A stretch of DNA of 50,667 bases from Candidatus Heimdallarchaeota archaeon. GTDB lineage: Archaea > Asgardarchaeota > Heimdallarchaeia > Heimdallarchaeales > Kariarchaeaceae. The stretch is taken from the NCBI GenBank assembly GCA_027077875.1, contig JALWRB010000326.1, positions 1 to 50,667 on the forward strand, in the 5' to 3' direction. Positions 27,947 to 35,882 of the stretch are shown here, in pieces; the first letter of the stretch is position 1, and each line of letters opens with the position of its first letter. The position numbers were made by a program, and so were the translations under genes. The notes under the pieces are model-generated. The model saw only the letters and a list, made by a program, of their open reading frames with translations. It was not told the DNA's origin and did no database searches.

Positions 27947-28923
27947 ATCGAAACCTTCTGAATTGATTATTCTAATAATTAATATTTATTATCTTTTATT
28001 ATTCAGAAAATACTGGTATATTCAAAATTTTCATAATATTCAAGACAATTAATTGATTTATTCATAATATGAGATTATCTTCTTTCTAACGTTTTATAAT
28101 GAGTAATTCTAATACACCAATCAGATTTTTAATTAATTTTTTTAAAGGCTCCGCCCTAACGTTAATACATATAGGTTTACCATTAGCTATGATAAAGCTA
28201 TCCTAAAAATAAGTGAATTATAAGTACGATTTTTTAAAATTATATTATAGGTATTTAGCATTATTTTTGTTCAATGTAGTGTAATAAGCAGATACATAAT
28301 TTGAAGATGCAAAATATTAATTTAGATATTTAATTTATTATTTAGTCATTAATTACAATAATAATCTTATTAATAGCATTATAATAACTAATAATTACAT
28401 TTACAAACATGATATGGATAATTACTTACAGGTTAGTTCTGAAATAATTTTGTATAGATTCAGTATGTATATCCAATATAATTTACAATAAATTGTAATT
28501 ATAATAGAGATTATTCATTCATTAAAAGAATTAGAGCTAAAATAACATATAATTTCAGATAATTGAGGGTAGTGAGCTTATTACATCGATCAAAATGGAG
28601 ATATTTCGTTAGATATATATTATATTATAATTTATTTTGATAATATGTTTAGCATATTATAGAAATTATACCGAATATTAATTATAAAATGAGAATTATA
28701 TTGGATTAATTTCATATTTTTAATATATTGTCAAAATAAATAGTAATACATACGAATTAATCAGAAACTCCACCGATTAGGTAGCTGAAATCCATTATAA
28801 AGATAATAGAACCTTCCTTTTCAAATATTTCCCACAATTTCACCCATAATATATAAACTTCAAGATCTACCCCAGACACCTCGCCCACATCATCGAGAAG
28901 ATTCTCCTCCACTAGAATGTCAA
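27947..28923. other. About 1-kb extremely AT-rich ORF-free region between convergent genes
   Basis: No ORF of 60 aa or more in six frames. Counted examples: 7/60 G+C at 28321-28380 and 8/60 at 28621-28680. Confidence 0.85.
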
Positions 28924-29709
28924 TCAAGCAAGTCCATACATATTGTCGTTACGTAAAATGAATCCCTCATCAATCAAATCGTCGATCAACTTGGTCAATT
29001 TTCCCTCACTAACTCCAATGACCCCGGCAAGCTCAACTGCATTCATTGAACCATTGAGCAAATGACGGAGGATTGCTCCGCGATAGTATCGATCAGTTAG
29101 TTCGAATGGCTTATCGGATGGTTTTGCTGAACGTCTCCGTGTCCGGTGAGCCGAGCCATAGTCCATGAGTGCGTTGTGGTAATCCCTCGACCTTCCGAGC
29201 GGGAGCAGTTGATCTGCAACACTCTGAACGCGGCTCAATGGCCAATCACTTTCGATGAATCCATGCATGAGGAAGACATTGCGAACGTTGGTGTCTACAG
29301 CTGCGAAATCACTGTTGAACGCAAAGATAAGAATAGATCTAGATGTGTATGGACCTATACCCTTCAGACACATTAGCTCCTCAGGTGATTGAGGAAATTC
29401 ACCGATTTCAACAATTTGCTGGGCTGCTTCCCTTAGCCATTTTGCTCTCCTGTTGTACCCCAAACCGATCCATTCAGCAAGTACATCCTTGAGTTCTGAA
29501 GATGCCAGAGCCTCCACAGATGGGAATTTATCGAGGAATGAGAGGTATTTAGGGACAACTCTGCTCACCTGTGTCTGTTGGAGCATGAACTCGGAGACCA
29601 TAATGCGATAGGGATCAGTGGTCTTTCTCCACGGGAAGTCCCGACGGTTCTGTCTCCACCATCCAAACAGCATGCTGTGGAATTTTTCAGGAGAGGGTTT
29701 TACGTCCAC
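28924..29709 (-). CDS. mutY: A/G-specific adenine glycosylase (HhH-GPD), variant lacking the Fe-S motif, with a C-terminal HTH-like tail
   Basis: RDFPWR, SEFMLQQT, WIGLGYNRRA, LKGIGPYT, VDTNV and ALMDYG motifs. No Cys cluster follows LMDYG. Confidence 0.85.
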   Translation of the reverse strand: MDVKPSPEKFHSMLFGWWRQNRRDFPWRKTTDPYRIMVSEFMLQQTQVSRVVPKYLSFLDKFPSVEALASSELKDVLAEWIGLGYNRRAKWLREAAQQIVEIGEFPQSPEELMCLKGIGPYTSRSILIFAFNSDFAAVDTNVRNVFLMHGFIESDWPLSRVQSVADQLLPLGRSRDYHNALMDYGSAHRTRRRSAKPSDKPFELTDRYYRGAILRHLLNGSMNAVELAGVIGVSEGKLTKLIDDLIDEGFILRNDNMYGLA

Positions 29710-29748
29710 GATGGAAAGTGAAGAAATGTCTTAAAGTGCCTGTCGGTG

Positions 29749-30993
29749 CTACTCTGCAACCTGCGAGGGCTTGATGGAGAATACCGCGAAGAGCAGAATA
29801 CCAAGAACGACAAGAGCTGCGAGATCGAATGCCAGTCCGAATCCGAGGCTGTCGACGATGTATCCCGCACCCAACGGTCCAAGGATCCTTCCGAGAGATC
29901 CGACACTGGAGTTTATTCCAAGCCCGCCACCCTGCATATCTTTGGGGATTCTCCGGGACAGGGCTGAGTTCAGAGGAGGGTTGATGAGCCCAATTCCAAT
30001 CGCCAGAGGAGCCAAGGCGAGCCCGAAGAGCCAAGGGTTCGAGGTCATTCTTGACGAAGTGACGAAGCCGAGTGCGACGACAAGTAACCCGAGGAGGATG
30101 GTCTTCTCCTCGCCAAGTTTGTCGACAATTCTTCCGATGAGTCCACCTTGGACGATGATTCCCCACACACCTACATAGAGAAAGAACAGTCCGAGGACAT
30201 ATGGTTCTGCACCAGGTATGATGACCTCCTTAATGTAGAGACTGAACACCGCTTCGAACCCCGAGAAGGTATAGGTGTTGATCCCGAAGATTAGGATCAG
30301 GGCGAAGACGCCCGGAAAAGCGAAGAATCCGAAGAATCGCTGTATTGATTGAACGACAGATCCACGAGGTACTCTTTCGCCTTTCTGAAGAGTCTCAGGT
30401 AGGTTTCTGAATGCTATGTAGAGATTCACAAGTGAGAGAAAAGCTGCGAAGACCGAGGGGTAGAAGTGGACCGCCACCTCTCCAGGTATTGATGCGAAGA
30501 GCCCACCTATTGCAGGTCCGAGGGTGAATCCCAGCCCGAAAGCTGCACCAAGGAGCCCGAATCTTTTGGCCCGTTTCTCGGGTGGAGTGACATCTGCGAT
30601 ATACGCTCTGGCGGTGGGAAGAGTGGCTGCAGTGAAGAATCCTGCGATGGCTCTGGACGCCACGATGAGCGAGTAGTCCGAGGTGAGCCCGAAGCTCAGG
30701 AAGGCAAGAACTGATCCTCCTACACCGATGAGGATGACTGGCCGTCTACCGATTCTATCCGATATTCTTCCCCAAATAGGAGAGAATATGAACTGTGCGA
30801 TGGAATATGCGGAGATAATCCACCCGAGTCTGATTGCCTGCTCCGATTCAGGGAACTGCTCCACCAGATAGGGCAGTACAGGAAGTATGATACCAAAGCC
30901 GAGAAGGTCGATGAACACCGCCATGATCACAGGCAGGAATGATCCTGCAGGGGCGTTCTCACCGCCATTTATTGGTTCAGGGTATTCCGACAT
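29749..30993 (-). CDS. MFS drug:H+ antiporter (TetA/DHA1 family)
   Basis: FIDLLGFGIILPVLP, motif A GRISDRIGRRP, AYIADVT and motif C GLGFTLGPAIGG; 12 TMs. Confidence 0.92.
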   Translation of the reverse strand: MSEYPEPINGGENAPAGSFLPVIMAVFIDLLGFGIILPVLPYLVEQFPESEQAIRLGWIISAYSIAQFIFSPIWGRISDRIGRRPVILIGVGGSVLAFLSFGLTSDYSLIVASRAIAGFFTAATLPTARAYIADVTPPEKRAKRFGLLGAAFGLGFTLGPAIGGLFASIPGEVAVHFYPSVFAAFLSLVNLYIAFRNLPETLQKGERVPRGSVVQSIQRFFGFFAFPGVFALILIFGINTYTFSGFEAVFSLYIKEVIIPGAEPYVLGLFFLYVGVWGIIVQGGLIGRIVDKLGEEKTILLGLLVVALGFVTSSRMTSNPWLFGLALAPLAIGIGLINPPLNSALSRRIPKDMQGGGLGINSSVGSLGRILGPLGAGYIVDSLGFGLAFDLAALVVLGILLFAVFSIKPSQVAE

Positions 30994-31056
30994 AGACCGA
31001 AGTCGCTGCTGATGTTTATACGGCTGACGGTCGTGACAAGGTCACCCCGCCACGTC

Positions 31057-31509
31057 TCAGGGTAGGTAGTATCGCTTACCCCTATTGACGAGTATCCCCG
31101 CCTGCACCATCGCGTCGAGGTTCTTCTTTGCCGTTGAGGATGTCTTCTGCCTTGCCTGCATGAGTGAAATCCCACTTCCCTGAGACTCCTTGACGAGTTC
31201 GTAGATTGTCCTGGAGTTTCTCCTCTGTCGCTCGGTCCTCAGTCCATCGAGGAATTCTTGGAATCTATCGGGTTCGAACTGATTATGTTGCACGGTCACG
31301 GGGAACCGGGAGGTGCTTTGGAGGATGTCGAGGATTGCGTCGAGTTTCTGCTCAATGGAGCCAGTCTCAGAGGTCCCTTCGAGCGTCCTGTGAGCTGTGA
31401 TCAGGTAGTCCTTGAGGGTCATTTGCCGCCGGGCAGCTGCGTCCTTAATGGCGTCATAGTCCTCGTCCGAGAGGTAGAAGCTGATCGACTTGCTGTGCTT
31501 TCTGGCCAC
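31057..31509 (-). CDS. Ribbon-helix-helix protein with a short coiled coil and a C-terminal winged-helix-like domain
   Basis: KSISFYLSDEDYDAIKDAAARRQMTLKDYL (RHH strand-helix-helix), IEQKLDAILDILQ, and GISLMQA...KKNLDAMVQAGILVNRGKRYYL (wHTH-like). TTTATA lies 22-27 nt upstream of the GTG. Confidence 0.75.
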   Translation of the reverse strand: MARKHSKSISFYLSDEDYDAIKDAAARRQMTLKDYLITAHRTLEGTSETGSIEQKLDAILDILQSTSRFPVTVQHNQFEPDRFQEFLDGLRTERQRRNSRTIYELVKESQGSGISLMQARQKTSSTAKKNLDAMVQAGILVNRGKRYYLP

Positions 31510-31543
31510 GACAAACCTGCTCGTTTGTGATATAAAGTTTACC

Positions 31544-31744
31544 TATGTCATGACATACTGTCGCGTCACAAATTTACCAATACAGTGCACCTTGGATCAT
31601 TGAAAATTAATTTCAGCAAATTATGTCATGACACAATGATGACAGAACCACACATATGAGATGACAATGACATGACATTCCATAAACAGGACATGACAAT
31701 GACGCGACAGTCATGACATCGACATGACACCGACGCGACAGTCA
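31544..31744. repeat. Array of nine 10-bp nGWCRYGWCA elements (iteron/operator-like) upstream of the RHH gene
   Basis: Copies start at 31546, 31559, 31624, 31668, 31689, 31700, 31709, 31720 and 31731. Includes the perfect palindrome TATGTCATGACATA (31544-31557) and a 24-bp duplication with 31-bp period (31690-31713 vs 31721-31744, 2 mismatches). Confidence 0.85.
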
Positions 31745-32242
31745 CCGTACAGAGGCTGTAGACGGAGGATTGGAAGAGATAAGCATAATTCCGCCTAGTC
31801 AATAGGAGAGAAGACACCTACAGAAGACTGCGGAAAATGGATAGGCACAGGAGAAATTAGAGACAGAATAGAGGTACGGGAGAGCAGAGCATATTTAGGA
31901 CGATTGTGACAACATTGGGAATCCTCTGAGACCAAATGGTATCTGGACGACACACCCCATCGATCGCATACCACACTAATAGCCGAACTCCGAAAAGACC
32001 CTATATTCAGCCTTACAGCATGTGAAGAGGCAAATTCCGGAGGTTCAATATACTTTCTTCGTACATGTTGCACAACTGTCCAAATATCGAAGTAGATGAT
32101 ACTACACGGACTGAGATTGCAAGAGAGCAGTTCAGTATTGACACCTACCACCCCGATTGGCGCCAAAAGGGACAGAGGGTAAGAATCCACGAGCATCAAA
32201 TCTCAGTCAAGGGTAAAGTAAGACGAATCCGGAGTTCATGCT

Positions 32243-33190
32243 CTATTGAAGCTTGGGGATTACAGACTCACTGAACGTCCTCATGGAGGAGACCTCCTCG
32301 CCCTTGGGAAACATGAAGATGAAGTCGGTTATTCCGAGCTCCGCGTATGCCCGTAGCTTCTCCACAATTTCATCCGTCGTCCCATGCAGCGCCCCGGCCA
32401 TCCTCTGCTCAAGCTGTTCCATGCTGAAGCCCCTGCGATCACATATCTCTTCCCACGCCCGCTTCTTCTCCTGCTCGTCCCTGTAGATCCTCGTCCACAC
32501 ACCGTAGCTCTTCCGCAGCGTCGAGGGATCCCGGTCGATCCGGTCGCAGAACTCATCGATCCTCTGCAGCTTTTCCTGGTAGACATCGGGAGCAAACGAC
32601 CATGCGATGTTGATCCCATCGGCGTACTCCGCGGCAAGCCTGAGCATCTTGGGCTTGGCCTCCATGGTGCCCACCCATATCGGAGGGTGCGGATCCTGCA
32701 GTGGCTTGGGGAAGGATATGGCGTCGTTCAGCTGGTAGTACTTCCCACTGTAATTCACCCGTTCCTCCGTCCAGAGTTTGCGGATGACATTGATGCCCTC
32801 AGCTAGCTGTGCGATCCTTGTACCCGCAGAGGGGAAGGGGATACCGTAGGCGTTGTACTCGATCTCTTTCCATCCTGCGCCGTAGCCGAATTCCACCCGC
32901 CCCCCTGAGAAGTGATCGAGGCTGGCGATCTGCTTAGCGAGAACCGCAGGATGCCTGTAGGAGTTGCAAAAGACAAGTGATCCCAACCTGAGGGTTGTCG
33001 TCTTGGAGGCGGCCGCCATCATGGCGGAGAAGCACTCATAGGAGATGAGGTCAGTGGAGTCCTTGGTCATCATGAAGTGATCCGAGAACCATGCGGTGCT
33101 GAAGTCGCTCTGCTCGGCGGCGTTGCAGATATCAAAGATCTGCTGGAAGTCGTATCCGAACTGCGGCTCTATCTGTACTCCGAAATTCAC
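32243..33190 (-). CDS. LLM-class (probably F420-dependent) oxidoreductase
   Basis: WFSDHF, RLGSLVFCNSYRHPAVLAK, LDHFSGGRVEFGYGAGW and PKPLQDPHPPIWVG motifs. GTG 33190 preferred over 33376. Confidence 0.9.
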   Translation of the reverse strand: MNFGVQIEPQFGYDFQQIFDICNAAEQSDFSTAWFSDHFMMTKDSTDLISYECFSAMMAAASKTTTLRLGSLVFCNSYRHPAVLAKQIASLDHFSGGRVEFGYGAGWKEIEYNAYGIPFPSAGTRIAQLAEGINVIRKLWTEERVNYSGKYYQLNDAISFPKPLQDPHPPIWVGTMEAKPKMLRLAAEYADGINIAWSFAPDVYQEKLQRIDEFCDRIDRDPSTLRKSYGVWTRIYRDEQEKKRAWEEICDRRGFSMEQLEQRMAGALHGTTDEIVEKLRAYAELGITDFIFMFPKGEEVSSMRTFSESVIPKLQ

Positions 33191-33593
33191 AGATCTACCT
33201 GACCTTCCTCGTTGAAAACCCTTTTGGGAGCGGTAAATTTGCAGGACCACGGTCAATATGTGCTGTTGACTCTGCACGTATGAGCGAAGATTACCCGTCA
33301 GCTTACTACCAAAGGGTCGTTGGAAAAAGAGACCCGCGGCTGAGGAATACAAGGATAAGTCCTGAGAAGCTAACATTCATTATTGATGACGTCATCTGGA
33401 TTCGGCCGACGAGCAGGTATTCGTAAGACTGGGACAATTGCACACTTTATCATAAAACCGTATAGACGTGAGCTGCTAGACTTATCAGGAGAAGAGCTAC
33501 AGAAGATAAAATCCGAATTTCGGAAATTTTGCTATAGCAACGGATAGTTTTGAACAAAGTTTAAATTTGATTAAAGATACATAACTGCATAAA

Positions 33594-34745
33594 ATGAGGA
33601 TTGGTCAAAAAAATATACCGTTCTATTATCTAATTGAAGCGTTGATCCCCCTGCAGATTGTATTCATCATTTACCTCACTTCATTAGGTATTGCGGGACT
33701 CACAGATTTCAACACCGCATCTACAATGATGATAAGGTTTCTAGCTGTTGTCATCCCAGTTGATGTGACTATCATATCGAGGATGGGGATTGCAGATATC
33801 AGATCCAAGCTCCTTATTCATCTGACCCTAATCACGTTATTGGGGACGACGCAGGCAGCGATGCTTGTGCCCAACGAGGGTAGCTTATTCCCAGTTTCCA
33901 ATGACCTACCTGCGTTTGCTATACTCGCTGCAATGAACACCATAATGGCAGTTAGCACCATCTTCGCCGTATTTGACACCATCTCCCCATTGTCCCGTGC
34001 AATTCAGCGGGTGAATGCAGAGGTGAAGAGAGGTAACCTTGATGCCCGGATCACCGAGGAGAATATCCTGAAGGACAACCTCCTATCTCCAAGTGCCGTA
34101 GCGGTGAACGACATCCTCGACGAGTTGAGCTCGCTGGTGCAGACGCTGGCACGGAACGCGGAGACGACTTCTACGAACATGGAGACATTGGGGGCCAATG
34201 TGGAGGAGATCAGTGCATCGGTTGAGGAGATCACGGCATCGACGCAGAACATGGCCCAAGGAGCCTCCGAGCAGACGGATATCCTCGAGACCATCTATCG
34301 CCGTCAGCAGGAGCTTTCGGAGGTGGTGAATCGGATTGTAGGTCAGGTCTTCGAGAACACCAAGGTCATACAGGACATAGCCCTCAAGACGAACATCCTC
34401 GCCCTTAACGCGGGTATAGAGGCTTCAAGGGCAGGTGATTATGGCAGGGGTTTCTCCATCGTCGCAGCGAACATCAGGTCCCTCTCGGAATCTACGAACG
34501 AGTCGATCAATGTCATAAGGGACACCACCGCCACCATCGCCGAGCAGCTGGAGAGCTATGTCTCCCAGCTCTCCGCGGATATTGAGAACGTGTCAGTGGT
34601 CTCGGAGGAGACTGCTGCCTCCGCCCAGGAGGTTGTGGCGACAATGGAAGAGATCAGCTCCAATATCTCACAGCTCAGTGAGATGGCTACTGATTTCTCC
34701 AAGATCGTGGAAAAGAGTTCTGGTCTTCTCTCCAAGTACAGATAG
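33594..34745 (+). CDS. Methyl-accepting chemotaxis protein (TMs + HAMP + shortened signalling domain)
   Basis: KTNILALNAGIEASRAGDYGRGFSIVAANIRSLS hairpin-tip signature. Confidence 0.92.
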   Translation: MRIGQKNIPFYYLIEALIPLQIVFIIYLTSLGIAGLTDFNTASTMMIRFLAVVIPVDVTIISRMGIADIRSKLLIHLTLITLLGTTQAAMLVPNEGSLFPVSNDLPAFAILAAMNTIMAVSTIFAVFDTISPLSRAIQRVNAEVKRGNLDARITEENILKDNLLSPSAVAVNDILDELSSLVQTLARNAETTSTNMETLGANVEEISASVEEITASTQNMAQGASEQTDILETIYRRQQELSEVVNRIVGQVFENTKVIQDIALKTNILALNAGIEASRAGDYGRGFSIVAANIRSLSESTNESINVIRDTTATIAEQLESYVSQLSADIENVSVVSEETAASAQEVVATMEEISSNISQLSEMATDFSKIVEKSSGLLSKYR

Positions 34746-34890
34746 TTTACGAATCCAGAAGAGAGGAGTCTTTTTCTTTACTGTAGAATTGCATGGTTCA
34801 TGATACGTGATTTAACAATGTCTGACGAGGACGTCCCAGAATCGATCTTATCAAGGATGTGGACTGCACACTCAATAGCCTGTGCAAGGC

Positions 34891-35268
34891 TCACTCCAGG
34901 ACCTGATCAGATACCTGCTTGACGGCGAAATGGTTCTCCTCGATGTCCCAGCAGTGGAAGACGTAAACACCGGGTGCAATCTCTACGATTGCAGATGTCG
35001 CCCTCCCCTTCTCCGCGAGGTGGCTCTTGGCCCCGTGGATGTCCTTGGTGCTGAACGTGAAGACCGGGCAGTTCTCGACCTTACTCCCCTCTCCGCCACT
35101 GTGTAGGCTGAGTGTACACTCGCCCGTGGAGAGAGTGACCCAGGACTCATGGCTGTAGTCGTCGGCTTGGGGGTATTTGACCTCCAGCCCAATGACGTCC
35201 CTGTAGAACTCGACCATCGCCTGCATGTCCTTCACGTACAGCACGATCTCGATGATTTTTCCGAACAT
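34891..35268 (-). CDS. VOC/glyoxalase family protein
   Basis: IVLYVKDM...VEFYRDVIGL, LSLH and FHCWDIEEN motifs. Confidence 0.85.
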   Translation of the reverse strand: MFGKIIEIVLYVKDMQAMVEFYRDVIGLEVKYPQADDYSHESWVTLSTGECTLSLHSGGEGSKVENCPVFTFSTKDIHGAKSHLAEKGRATSAIVEIAPGVYVFHCWDIEENHFAVKQVSDQVLE

Positions 35269-35301
35269 AGATAGTGCTTGCCCACACAGTTGATAAATAC
35301 G

Positions 35302-35823
35302 TCAGATCAGCCAGCGTACCAGTGCCTGCTTGGCTGGCAGGACGAAGAGCTCCTGTCGGGTGATCCGGTTTTTCGACAGATAGGCAATTGCACCACCCCG
35401 GCGCTTGGTCCCGCTCTCGCGGGTCAGCTCGTCTATCACGTCTCCCAGCTCGACAAGCCCCCCCTTCAGCCTCTCAACGATCTCCATCGGCATGTAGACC
35501 AGTGTCTCCCCTCCCCATGAATGTCGTCGACCATCAGAGGCATATGTAGCTCCAAAGAGATACCAGTCACCATGCACCTCTACAACACCGCCTTCGTGCC
35601 CCACGGTGATTGATCCTGGAAACAACCTCAGTCCATTCTCTACACGGACTCTTGCACCTCTACGGCACTCCTCCTTGGACATCGGCATCTCGGATACACC
35701 CGACACCACCTCGACAGTCTCAATCTCCACCTCAGTCCCGAGAACTTCCTCAGCCGCTATTCTGGTTGCCTCCACCTTCGTGGGGTTCGTGCTGGTCACT
35801 ACTATTCTCACATCCCAAGCCAT
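35302..35823 (-). CDS. yjjX: Inosine/xanthosine triphosphatase (YjjX/DUF84 family)
   Basis: STNPTKV, SGVSEMPM, GARVR, GHEGG, ELGDVID and GAIAYLS...R motifs. Confidence 0.88.
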   Translation of the reverse strand: MAWDVRIVVTSTNPTKVEATRIAAEEVLGTEVEIETVEVVSGVSEMPMSKEECRRGARVRVENGLRLFPGSITVGHEGGVVEVHGDWYLFGATYASDGRRHSWGGETLVYMPMEIVERLKGGLVELGDVIDELTRESGTKRRGGAIAYLSKNRITRQELFVLPAKQALVRWLI

Positions 35824-35882
35824 GTCCCTGTTGATTTAAGCATTTGCAGAGTGATTGAGAAAAGAGGAGTTGCCCACAGTAA

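Noticed and set aside
27947-28923. Firm call as a replication origin
   Set aside because: No convincing ORB repeats and no adjacent orc1/cdc6 gene; kept only as an unexplained AT desert.
31544-31744. CRISPR array or coding repeat
   Set aside because: The units are 10 bp with 0-2 bp gaps and no unique 30-40-nt spacers, and there are no cas genes. The overlapping 63-aa ORF (31626-31817) looks like a by-product of the repeats.
31795-32242. Short ORFs between the repeat array and the LLM gene
   Set aside because: No motifs and atypical composition. Possibly decayed sequence, with no recognisable ParA, Rep or integrase remnant.
34817-34850. Hammerhead-like CTGACGAG core
   Set aside because: There is no correctly placed GAAA core after a stem II and no flanking helices.
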